Assembly: GCA_051362555.1 (NCBI GenBank)
Contig: CM120643.1
Location: 8,370,001 to 8,434,000 of the forward strand
Direction of reading: 5' to 3'
Source of the DNA: Lingula anatina
Lineage: Eukaryota > Animalia > Brachiopoda
DNA length: 64,000 nt
Under the pieces are notes generated by a model, which saw only the letters and a list, made by a program, of their open reading frames with translations, did not search any database and was not told the DNA's origin. A program made the translations under genes and the position numbers. This document shows, in pieces, positions 12,101 through 23,070 of this stretch; the stretch's first letter is position 1; every line of letters begins with the position of its first letter.

Positions 12101-15100
12101 CTTTCTTGGTGCTGAGCTGGACTGGAGTGTATTGGCCGTAATGGCCGTTGAACAAAAATATATGTATTTGTCTAGATATTGTGTTTTTGTTATGTTTAAT
12201 AGTCAAAACTTATTTTTTTCCAGATTGGAATATAATTTAAAATTGTTATTACAATTATTCATTGAAATTATTAAAATTGATAAAATTTTCTGGGGGGCAC
12301 AATTAATCCGCTAGACATTATTATTAATTTCGGAAAGTTTTCCAGGGGGCACAGTTATTCCGGTAGGCACTATTATTTGTCACTTCAGGGCATGTTTGTT
12401 TACAATTGTCACAGTTGAATGAGAGGTCAGAGGATTTGAATTCATTCTGATATTCTACACCCATCCCGAGTTTCAAAGATTACTGGAAACTCATCTCAGC
12501 ACTGGGGCAAGCAGAGGCATGATGATAATAGAGGAGAGCTTTTAGTAATCTCTAAGACCCCATTCCCAGAGATTAGATCGATCCAAACTAGATCGACCTA
12601 ACTCCCTGGGGGTTATCGCTAAGTAGCTGTCAGCCGAGTGGGCACGAAAGTTAATTACCCCCTTACAGTTTGTAGTAGGCGGGACGGACATTTAAGCCAG
12701 ATTATCTGACAGTAATCTAGTGAGACTCACCACGGAGATAGATCGATCTAAATGTCTGGGAATATGCCCTAAGACTCCATTCAGAATAGGGGACTAACTT
12801 GTTCGTGGGTCAAATACAGAGACCCACTACAAAGCTTGCTGTCTAATCCGTTAATAGACACTGAATAGATATTCTGTGGAGAAGTATTCAAGTGGGTCGG
12901 CCATATTTGACCCTCGGACTAGTTAGCCCCCTATTCTGAATGGGCTCTAAAAACTCAGGATGTCTCTTAGACCCCATTCCCATAGATTTTTAGATCGATC
13001 TATCCCTGTGGGGAGTCTCACTAGATTACTGTCAGCTTGGCCGGCTTGAGCGTCTGTCCCGCCTACTAAAAGCTTTAAGGGGGGTAATTAACTATGGTGC
13101 ATGCTCGGCTGACTGCAATTTAGCGTGAACCCCCACGGAGTTAGGTCGATCTAAATCTAAATTTCTGGATCAACCTAAATCTCTGGGAATGCACCCCTAG
13201 TTCATCCTACCTGCATGGTGATTTTGGCAAATGTCTGGAAATCTTTGTTCTGTATGGCAGTCTCAATCTCCCTCATTCTGCTGGGTACAATGTGCTCTGC
13301 CCGGTACCTCAGCAGTTCACTTGTCTTCACACTCACTCCCATTCCTGCTGAGCTGCCTATGTGTTTCTTCTGGTCACTGACCTGGAAGATGTAAAAAATA
13401 CATGTAGTTGTTTCTTCTGGTCACTGACCTGGAAGATGTTAAAAATACATGTAGTTTAATGTCAAATTTAAAGTAGATTTTAATAAAAGGCAAGTTTGTG
13501 TGCATGTGTGTGTGAAGAGGAGCAGTTGAGGGAGCACAGAAGACGAAAAACAATCCCCTTGCTCTGTGAATCGACTTAAGTTTAGGAATGGAAACTCCTA
13601 GTGTGCCTTGCCCTCTATTTTGCAAACATGGATACCAAATTTTCGGTTCAGCAGCAAGAGGTTACGCACTTCATATAAAAGCTTGATTTCCAGAGCAGGA
13701 AACCAGAAATAAATAGCTAGAGTGATACACTTTTGCACATTAAAAAAAAATTTTTACAAAATAGTTAAAATTTCAAGTATTTTGGTATGTTTTTCATCAG
13801 GCATATGTATATGCTTACAAAATTACAGGGTAGCTATAGAAACTGCCAAGCTCAATATGGAAATAATACTCATAAATGGCATAATTGTACAAAAGAAACA
13901 TTTACCACAAGTATCAATATCCGTAGCTCAGGCCAGTGGTTTTCTGTGACCAGCTGCTCCGCTACTGAATCTGTGCCGTTGTCTTTCTCTCCCATGTTCC
14001 AGCTGACAAACCCTCCATATAAACTACGACAAGCACTGCCCGAACCCTGCCTGGCGATCTCGCTGATATCACCTTCTATTTTGAACAGCTTTGCCAGAGA
14101 GTAAACTGGAAATAAAATCACTGGCATCAAAAGAAAACACGTATTGCCACTAGCCATTGTAAAAGTATCTTGGATTTTAGTAGAGTCTTAGGAACACATC
14201 CACATGCAAGCCTTCTTTTTTACCTACAATTAATCTGAAGCTGGCATAGAAGCACAGTTACATGTACACATGTAGATGACAGTTATTCAGTTGAAGTGCT
14301 CATATCACTCACAAACTTTTCCGTTCCCCATACAATTGATTGTTACCATAACTGCAATTCATGGTTGTAAACAGGGGTGTCAAAAAGAAGATTTGCGTTA
14401 ACATCTGATAAAAAATGTTGCATTTTATCCGAGGCTGCATTCTCAACAGCAGACTAACAGATCCGTGGATCAAATATGGTGACCCAGTTTATAGCTTGAT
14501 GCCTAATTCGTTTACAGACAATGAATAGATTCCCCACGGGGAATACGCAACAAGCATTCGAGTGGGTCAGCCATATTTGATCCGAGAATCTGATAATGCA
14601 CTTTAGTGAATGCAGCCTGACGTTGAAGTACATGTGCACTAACCTAGACAAGAAAAGCCAGCAGCAGATGAGGCCACACCAGCAGCAGTGGGGAAGTTAT
14701 TCACAGAGCAAATATGAACATGCCAGCTGAGGGCATCAGACAAACTTGTTCCTTTTCCTTCTCCTGCTATTTTTCTTTTCCTAGCCCTCCTTCTTACTGA
14801 AATGAACATATTATCCAAACTGATTAACCAACTGAACTGCATAGTTATGAAATCAATTACAAATCTATACCACAAATGGGATGCAGGAAAGTGGAACAAC
14901 TGAGGGATTAGAATGGCTCTCTATGGGGACCTTATCATAATTACGAAGGGCGCATTCCCATAGATTTTAGATCAATCTATCCTCGTGGGGAGTTTCACTA
15001 GATTACTGTCAGATAATCCGGCTTAAATGTCCATCCTGCCTACTACAAGCTGTAAGGGGGTAATTAACTTCCATGAGTGGTCAGCTGACTGCAATTTAGC

Positions 15101-16953
15101 GTGAACCCCCAGGGAGTTAGGTCGATATAGTAAGATCGATCTAAATCTTAGGGGAATGCCCTCTAAGTCAGCTGAGAGTCTGAGAGTTGTATACCAAGTT
15201 AAGGATGGGCAAAGTTCTTTAAAAGGCTTAATTAATGCCACGAAACAGATTCTGGGTGTGTATACAATACCTCATATTACTACTAACGTCTTAATTATTT
15301 TTATGAATTTCAAAGAGTTTAAAAATTCACTTCATGAAGCACTTGTTCTCTTTTCGATAACAATTTGTTAAAACATGGATCCTGACTCAAGAAGTTAAAT
15401 TTTAGTCAAGTATACACCTTTGGATTATTTCATTTGAAATTGAATTTTAATTTAATTTACTTAAAATTATCTACTAAAATATACAAGTAAAACTCCAGTA
15501 AGGAAACAAATGAAAAAAGAAATGTTCTATTCCCATCAACAGGTACTTACTCTCTCTAAGTACATTTTGATATCTAGGATTTTCCAAGGACTCTTCTCTA
15601 TAAATAAAAAATATTTATAATATAAAAAACATATTTCAAACAAAGGAATTTGTGCATAATAACAATTTTACTGGACATTATGATTTCCTTAGGATACTTT
15701 TGTACACATGGTCACCACATGTATCTTAACACAATTCTCATGCATTTCATATCTTACATTTAATCCAATATGCAGGTGCTTGGAAATGATATACTGAATT
15801 AAATCAAATTTACCATGTAATAGAGTCACTTACTTGCCATTGAGCCACATCCTGTCCCTGGTAAACTGACCACTGACCGCTACAGTTGTCTTAGCACACA
15901 GCTGTAAGAGACATTGGTCACTACAAGATCACTCAATAAAAATCAATTACTTGACTTTGAAAAAAAGGTTAAAATTTACTTATTCATCAATATAATAATA
16001 TATACTCAATCTTTTTATTCAATTTATCTATTTACTGATTTCTTTATACACCTAAATAGTTCATTAATATTTGAATTTACTACTATATCTATCAGTTTAA
16101 TTTCCTGTTCTTCTAGTCCAGCTGTCATTCACTCATCCATTCATTCATTCATTTAGTCATTCAACGGTTTATCCATTTGCTTATTAATTTACTAAATTAT
16201 CTATTTATTTATTTATTTACTAAGTCTCATTCATTCATCCGCCTGCTTGATAAAGAAGGGATTTAGACCTCTGTCCAATGTCTTACCTGTTCCTGGCTAA
16301 GAGTAGCACTGAGAGAACTATTGATAGGTAAAATAAGTGCCTCATCTCTCTTTCCCCCTGAAATAATACACCTTTGCATGTTACCCTATTACAAAAATAA
16401 TATAAACATTTATTCCCTTTGATGTATACTTTCATCTCTGTGGAATTTCAAAAGTTTTACTCAATATTATCATTCCAGTTTGTCATTACAATGCGCCAAT
16501 CTCTGTTGAGTTCCCAGGTTTAGTGTGTGTGTTTGTGTGTGTGTGTGTGGGGGGGGGGGGGAGGGGGTACTATACATGTACTTGTATCCAGTACTTCATC
16601 ACTTTCAAGGTAACGCCCTGTGTTTTAAACATTATCATTATTCAGTGAACCAAGCTGCGGTTGCCCTGGTTTCTGAAGTGAATGCATGTCTGGTGTGTGT
16701 CTCTGTGTGTGAGAGTACGTGCGTGCGTGCGTGCGCGTGAAGGGGGGGGGGGGGGTCCAGTGCAAATTTCTCTGAAGAAAGCTTCAATTCAATGATCAAC
16801 TTCATGCTGACAACGTTAATTACTCAAATTCTATGCGGTTAACGTGGTAATTTTACCTAATGTTAAAATCTTAAAACACTAGATACAGCATCCATACTTA
16901 CAATACTTTATAACTGCAATATTAACCGGTGCGGTACAGGTGACAGCGTCCAT
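1..16953 (-). CDS. MVD: Diphosphomevalonate decarboxylase, 11 exons visible, 3' end outside the window. Exons: 16902-16953, 16287-16357, 15834-15901, 15551-15597, 14644-14796, 13906-14105, 13211-13381, 1302-1424, 710-871, 383-451, <1-31
   Basis: Spliced translation gives MVD motifs: [98 protein letters not shown]. All introns are GT-AG with consistent phases. Confidence 0.97.
2636..3103 (-). mobile_element. Solitary terminus of a TA-flanked DNA transposon (pogo/Tc1-like) with three subterminal GTTCCATAATCCG motifs
   Basis: Motif at 2636-2648, 2878-2890 and 3078-3090. The minus strand reads TA|GACCTCGACCCCGGATTATGGAAC. No partner TIR was found. Confidence 0.45.
3107..3147 (+). repeat. Poly(A) tract of about 41 nt
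   Basis: Direct reading of the sequence. Confidence 0.95.
3672..3988. mobile_element. Foldback/MITE-like element of about 320 bp just upstream of the nested gene
   Basis: GCGATAAACAGACGAAAACCAGGTCAAATCTA (3672..) is an inverted match to TAGATCGACCAGGTTTTCGTCTGTTTATAGC (..3988). Confidence 0.6.
4141..11722 (+). CDS. Nested antisense gene of about 597 aa: pogo-like transposase N-terminus + acidic/helical region + OTU cysteine protease + SH3/Tudor-like C-terminus. Exons: 4141-4532, 9157-9773, 9953-10219, 10797-11054, 11463-11722
   Basis: Four GT-AG introns with matching phases (2,1,1,1) give a 1794-nt stop-free frame. The exon 1/2 junction reads [21 protein letters not shown]|FVDIDGCLK (start of a CENPB-type HTH). 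OTU motifs: [24 protein letters not shown]...GHYDVL. An in-frame alternative exon 3 donor exists at 10267. Confidence 0.75.
4638..5313. mobile_element. MITE with Harbinger-like TIRs in intron 1 of the nested gene
   Basis: GGTTATTCACACTAG ... CTAATGTGAATGGCC terminal inverted repeats, an internal copy of the right end near 4691-4720, and inverted AACCGCGGTCGA repeats at about 4731 and 5281. Confidence 0.6.
5429..6818 (-). mobile_element. Non-autonomous Kolobok-like DNA transposon (1390 bp)
   Basis: TTAA on both flanks (5425-5428, 6819-6822), imperfect TIRs AGGTATACTGTG / AGGCCTACTGCG with AGG...CCT ends, subterminal ACGTCACTAG motifs near 5598 and 6665, and an internal THAP ORF. Confidence 0.75.
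6116..6577 (-). CDS. THAP zinc-finger domain ORF (Kolobok transposase N-terminal remnant)
   Basis: [12 protein letters not shown]...[10 protein letters not shown]...[10 protein letters not shown] matches the C2CH THAP signature and AVPTIF box. The conserved Trp appears replaced by Cys (KRKICLNSL), and no DDE domain follows. Confidence 0.85.
   Translation of the reverse strand: MPQSCVAPGCRNVGYNKKDICYYILPADAAKRKICLNSLKLKNPSTVSKHAGICSDHFEPECFVRDLRAELCGGKARRKLKDDAVPSIFDFSEYQNATVNARALPTRVLPVGCVHDAAVERKKRAASRAQKIVRSRITLSNFLVMLVKTLILT
8659..12390 (+). mobile_element. TIR-bounded pogo-like element (3732 bp) carrying exons 2-5 of the OTU gene
   Basis: Left TIR 8659-8716 and right TIR 12332-12390 match at 51 of 59 aligned positions. 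Left flank is TA and right flank CA. A second subterminal copy lies at about 12291-12325. Confidence 0.75.
12556..12769. mobile_element. MITE family A (PIF/Harbinger-like, TAA TSD)
   Basis: GACCCCATTCCCAGA ... TCTGGGAATATGCCC with TAA on both sides. Homologous copies at 12970-13196, 14948-15163, 34948-35162, about 47623-47870 and 48058-48507. Confidence 0.8.
12773..12947. mobile_element. MITE family B (PIF/Harbinger-like, TAA TSD)
   Basis: GACTCCATTCAGAATAGGGG ... CCCCTATTCTGAATGGGCTC with TAA flanks. Related copies at 14433-14617 and 35166-35349. Confidence 0.8.
12970..13196. mobile_element. MITE family A copy, inverted relative to 12556-12769
   Basis: Same internal sequence in reverse orientation, ending about 14 nt from the MVD exon 7 donor. 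Confidence 0.8.
13362..13456. repeat. 47-bp tandem duplication spanning the MVD exon 7 splice acceptor
   Basis: TGTTTCTTCTGGTCACTGACCTGGAAGATGT(A/T)AAAAATACATGTAGT starts at both 13362 and 13409. Confidence 0.9.
14433..14617. mobile_element. MITE family B-related copy
   Basis: GGCTGCATTC...GAATGCAGCC TIRs, with internal sequence similar to 35166-35349. Confidence 0.7.
14948..15163. mobile_element. MITE family A copy
   Basis: GGGCGCATTCCCATAGA...GGGGAATGCCCTC, with internal similarity to the other A copies. Confidence 0.8.
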
Positions 16954-17048
16954 GCTTTGTAAATGGTGTGATGCAGGTGGCGTGATAGCCCGCCGTAAAC
17001 AAACACATGGCGTACTATCGGTGTTCAATCATTGCCTATTTCAAAAAC
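16954..17048. promoter_or_regulatory. Compact bidirectional promoter/5' UTR region shared by MVD and METTL17
   Basis: Divergent ATGs at 16953 (-) and 17049 (+), and the interval is locally CpG-rich. Confidence 0.7.
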
Positions 17049-20000
17049 ATGTCTGCTGCCTTGCGGACCACGCGTAATTTGTTTTTCTTGAAAAATGTTT
17101 TACCAGTCCGTCATATTAGTCCACTGTTGCATCGCAGACAGGTAGGAGGGACTGGTGCTCAGTTTTAATGCAGTTTTTGTAGTGTTTGTTTTCGAAGTTA
17201 GTGGTAAGGCAGTCAAAATATCGCCTTATTATACTGACCGAGCTTAAGTTAAGCCTTTTTGCAGTACTACTAAGTACTGTTTCACTATTTCTAGTATTTA
17301 CCACAATTTTGCATGTAAGGTCGATAACTGAGGCAATAGGTGTATTTGCATGCATTGCTTGATTGGCATGTTTATTTACTGTAAGGCGTGTTCAAAAGTT
17401 TTTTTTTAATCAAGCTTTCATGTATGTAAAATGTTAATACTGTAATTTTCATGTCTTTTCCATCAGATAAAGCTGTCAGCATATGTAAACCAGAAATATT
17501 ACACAGATAAAACTGAATCATGGGAAGATAATGGTCCTGGGAAACAGGCAAAGGAGAACAAACGGAAGAAAAAGAAAAACGAGCCTCTCAGAGATATAGA
17601 TTCACCATCATCCCAAGAAAACTTTGCCAGGGTGAATGTAGAACTCGACTCAGCAATGATGGATGAGATCAATGTGCAGCAACTGAAATACAAGTACAAG
17701 AAGCATCCTGGTAAAGTGACAGTGTCAAGAGCGGAGTTGCCCTTTGAGTTGCAGGATGCAGTTGAAGCGGTCATGGATAAGTATGGTAAGGCCTACTATG
17801 GATGCTGGGGTAGCGCTAGCACTCGCCAATTTAGCCAAATGCTAAAACTGACTTAAATTGGCTAAACAAAAAGGATTTGACAAATTTTAGTCAAGTTAAA
17901 ACCATTTTCATAACAAATTGACAAAAAAGTGATGATTTGGCTAAGCGAAAAAAATTGCTAGCACTACCCCAGGGATGTATACTGTCAAATAATTTTCAAT
18001 CCTGGCTGACAGTATTCCAGAGTCTGTTAAAACAAATCAAAGTACAGGTGAAAAAAAAAAATACAATTCTGACCATATTATGGAGGACCATTGGAAAGAT
18101 AAATTTAATATTAATCGTGTTTTTACCCTCAATCAATATAAGTTTAGTAAATAAATTAAATAGAGAGACTTAGAAAACACTCTAAGCCTACCTGGAACAG
18201 TTATTTTAAGGCAATGTTTAGATAATTTTAAGAGGATACTAGATATGGATTATGATTTTAAAGCAGTTTTGTTATTAATTTTGTGAAGATATTAGTAATT
18301 GGCTAAAGCTGCAAATATAATCTTATCTTAGATAGGCCTGCATTCTGCCAAGATTGTTACATACGTATATAGTATACAAACCAATTGTTTTCTTATCCTT
18401 TTTTAGATGTCTCAAGGAAAATTCTCGAACTGGAGGCTGCCAAGCTTCAGAGATCCTTATTTGGCAGGATGAAGCCATTGGAAGAGAATGAACTGCTTGC
18501 CAGAGCCGAGGAAATGGAAAACAAGATTATCAGTGAACGTAGGTTGTCTTTACTTGTTTTGCATTTTGGCATTTTTAATTCATGACTGTGCAGGCCCGTA
18601 GCCAGCAATTTCAAAAGGGGGTTTCTTTTTCTAGAAAAGTGGACCTTTTTCTATAAAAACTTCATGTACCTAGATCAAATTTTACCCAAAGTGGACCTTT
18701 TCCCAGCAAAAAGAGCGGTTCTTTCGAACCCCCCGAACCCCCCCTGGCTACGGGCCTGCTGTGTAATAATGTTGTGCAGAACGAAATGATTTTGATATAA
18801 CTGCATGAAGTAGAATTTGATACTTAGTAAGACTGATTGAAGATATCTTTGTCTATCTATTCAAGTACCTGGTAGTAGTAGAAATGTTCAGTGTGTATTC
18901 AAACACAAACGTATACAATTAACGTAGGCCTTTATGTGAATATGGTCCAAAGGAGAGTCTTAATAGCTGTCTATCAGGGATAGAGATTAATTGGGGAGAT
19001 TCCCACCTTTCTCTATGAGACTGATGAAGAGGGCTGCTGGATTTGTGTATGAGATGTTTCATGGATACCCTTATTTAGAGGAAGTTTTTAAAGAGGTAGA
19101 CCGTGCTTCTTCTCGATTTGTTCTCATCATTAGCTTTGACATCTTATTTTCTTTTCTAGGTAATATTGTTTTTTCTGAGCTAAAGCCTGGCAAACTGAAA
19201 AGTGTGAAAGAGGGAATTTTCAAAGAAGTCCAAGCAAAGATTCACTTAAGAGGGAACAATTGGAGGCCAATGAAGTAAGTAGTTTGTGAAAGGTACACAT
19301 GTACACCATGAGATTAATATGCCAAAATGGATTTTCCTTTGAAAATAAGCAATTTTCTCGGACTCCTAGTCATTTATCTGTCCCTCTCTGCACTTGGATT
19401 TGACCTTTGATAAAATTTAGAAAAGCTGATTTTAGCATAAAATGCCTGGCCAGTCAATATAACAGCGATCATTTTCCTATTAGCTCCAATGGAAATATCA
19501 ACATCAGGTACACCCCAAAAAGAATATAAGGGGATAAATCATTTCTATGTGTATGTAAGGTTTTATAAGAAGCTGTGGATGAAAAAAAAAATCAAAGATT
19601 TGGGGATTTTCAAACCCATGGAGTGTACCTTTAGATACTTGTTTTTGTGACCTCACCATGGTGCTCGCATTTTCCAACTTTTTCAAAAAAAAGTCCGCTT
19701 TCATCTCTGATTCTATATTATGTATATATAACACAATTTAATTGTCAAGATGCTCTATTTTGTTGTGGTTTCCAGATATAACCAACACCAAAGTATGGTA
19801 TATATGGTTGCAAGGCTGGACAGGGAGTATGCAGATTTGGTCAGGGTTTTCCATGAAGTATGTACAGATTTAATCTATTTTATCTCATAAAATATTCTGT
19901 ATTGAAATTTTGAATCCATTTTCATTTCATTTCATTTATTTCTCTTGTCTTCACATTGAGAACATATAACAGTATTAATTAACCCAGGGGGTAAACTGAG

Positions 20001-23000
20001 GCTCTCATTGATTATTTTTATGAATATACACAGGTTTTTCAATATATTGATATTCTTTGAAGCAAAAAGATTGTAAAACTTATAAGTGTTAGGTCTGTTT
20101 ATAAAATAGTCAGGTACCAACCTTCTTCTATAATTGGGGAGTAAATCGCAATCCATTATGTAATGAATATGATATATATCAGGGGCGGATTTAGGCCGTC
20201 TTCTGGGTCTTCTGGAAGACGGTCAGATTTTCAAGTTTACGTTGTCAGCCATCTAATGTTTTCTGTCGGAAGACGGTCAAAAATGGAAGATGGATCAACA
20301 AAGATAATTTGGAAGACTGTCAGATAATATCCCTGTATATCTATTCAACATTGTTCTTGACCTGGACCAGTGCTCTGATTATGTGGCTTGTATCACACAA
20401 GTAAATGAAAGTTTTTTCCCATTGCTTCACAAGGGATTTATTTACTATTAATAAAAATGATAAAAGATAGCTACATACTTATGTCATTATTGATGGGTGA
20501 CACCTATGGCCTATTTATTGTTTTATGTTGATAAAAATGTTCAATTTTAACATCTTTTTATTATTTTAACATCAAAAAAAAAAATAATAATAATAATAAT
20601 AAGATGGTTATTGGGGTGTGCCTCATGCAGTGTCCACGGAATGAAATTATCATTAATGGTCACTGTGTTGTCTTATTTCAGATCAAGGCAAGGGATCCAG
20701 AGTTTAAACCAGGAACACTGTTTGACTTTGGGTCAGGAACAGGATCTGTAATGTGGTGAGTTGTCCAATGACACAGAAACACACTCACCTTACTAGAAAC
20801 GGGAAGAGAAAAAGATAAAGCTAGTACTGGACTCACAGAGGCTACCTCATATTTCAGAAACACAATTTCTGCCACAGCAGTTTTGATAAAGCATTGTAAG
20901 ACAATCTAGATATGAAAACTAAAAAGATATGAATAAAAATGGGCGTAATCCAGCTCGTTTTTGAGAGGTAGTGTCCTGAATATCATGACAGTTTGTGAAC
21001 AAAGTCGTGAGTATCATAAAATAAAATGCATCATAAAATGCACACAACGTTTTGTTGACATATTTGTTACTTTTTCAATCAAAATAACAACAAAGCTTTT
21101 ATTAAATGATGAATTACGTATTTTATTGCGTATTATATTTTGATAATTAGCCGCTGTCATAAAAAAAGTACTGGACCTAATATGAGAGAGCCTCCTTAAG
21201 ATGCAATGCAGATGCAATGATCTTCTACCCTCTACCAAGGACCATGGAGAGAAATGCATTCACTAGATATTCTCAAAAATTTCCATAAGTGGCTACTCAC
21301 TAGCTATCTACCCTCTACCAGGGCAACTGATAGATTTTTACGGATATTCACAGATATGTCTCTAGCTAGATAGATTGTCATTTTAACTCTAAGTCATGAC
21401 TTAGAGTTAAAATGACAATCTATCTAGCTAGAGTCATAAAAATAAAAATTTTTAGAGTTAAAATGACAATCTATCTAGCTAGAGTCATTTTAACTCTAAG
21501 TCATGACTTAGAGTTAAAATGACAATCTAGCTAGAGACATATCTGTGAATATCCGTAAAAATCTATCAGTCGCCCTGGTAGAGGGTACTAGCTATCCACA
21601 TTGCCCTTCTGTGAAGATTTGTGCACAACAACCATGTAACCACCTAATCAGCTATTTTAAAAACATTATTTTTCAGGGCTGCAAATACGGTGTTTAAGAA
21701 TTCGATCTGGGAGCATTTTCTCGTGGACAACTCTGTAGAAATGCACGATCTAGCTAAGCTACTGCTTCATGGTAAGATTACCCAACTGGTGTAACATAAA
21801 TATACTGCTCTGGTTCAACCTGGCCTTAAGATTGCTGTGGAATGACACCTTTGTCTTAAATATTATGTAGATTTTATAGATCTTCTCAATCATGTGATAA
21901 ATCATACAGTTTTTCTTAGGAATGACTGGTGTTTTATGCATAAGTTTGCGTGCGAGCGCGAGTAATATGAAACTTTCTTCCATACCAGTCATATTTTGCA
22001 AAATGTATATTTCAACACTGTAGGTGGCGACCCAGATGGCAAACCACACTTCAAGAACGTTTACTTCAGATACAACATGCCAGAAACACTACGGGTACAG
22101 TACCGCAATTATTTTATTAATGAAAAAGTATTGCTGTTGCCTGCCAGTTTTGACTGTAGCGCAAGAGTGAAGATACATTGATTCCTGGTTTCTAGTAATC
22201 TAATGAAAACATGTAGTTCCCCTTTTGCGGACTTTTGGTTTGTTGGAAAGTTGTTTAGTATCAAGGAGATGAAACAAGTATCGAAATCAACTTTTTAAGA
22301 CATATTTTGTCCAGGTTCAAATTGGATTCAGTGTAATTAACTTTAGAATTAAAAAATGAAAGTCAACTTAAAAATAATTGAAAACAATTCGTGAAAGCAG
22401 GGATTAAAGGAAAATAAAATTTTTCATTTCACATAATATTTTGGGGCTTCAAAATTCAGTAATTTTATTTTATTTATTATTACTTTTTTTTAATTTATTT
22501 ATTTGTTGTAAATTGTTTTTTAATACATTTTTTAATTTTTCATTTTAGTATCAAAATGACCTGGTAGTGAGCGCCTTTTCTCTATTTGAGTTATCCTCTA
22601 AAAGTGAGAGACTGGAAATCTGTGAACAGATGTGGAAAAGGACGAAACCTGGAGGATATATGGTAAGGACCATAAATGTTTAGAAGAACCAGGAAAGTTT
22701 TTAAAAAAGTGTAACATTCTCTGAACATGTATTTTGCCATTCGAGTATTTAGATCAAAAGCAGTCGGATCAAACTTTTTGTAGTGACCAGACATGAGCTT
22801 TTTCTGCAGAAACATGGAATTTAGCATTTTATAATTCAGTTCTGATGGTTCTGGAGATTCGTCAAGATCTGCAATTAAATGATAAATGTTTAGAGGTTTT
22901 TAATTTTTTTAAACCTAGGCTCATATCTGAGTGACTTATGTGAATTTTGTAGGTCCTCATGGAGTTGGCCTCGAAGACTGCTCACACTGTTATGATGGAG

Positions 23001-23024
23001 GCTAGGGACCACATCCTTAAAGTA

Positions 23025-23070
<46 letters not shown>

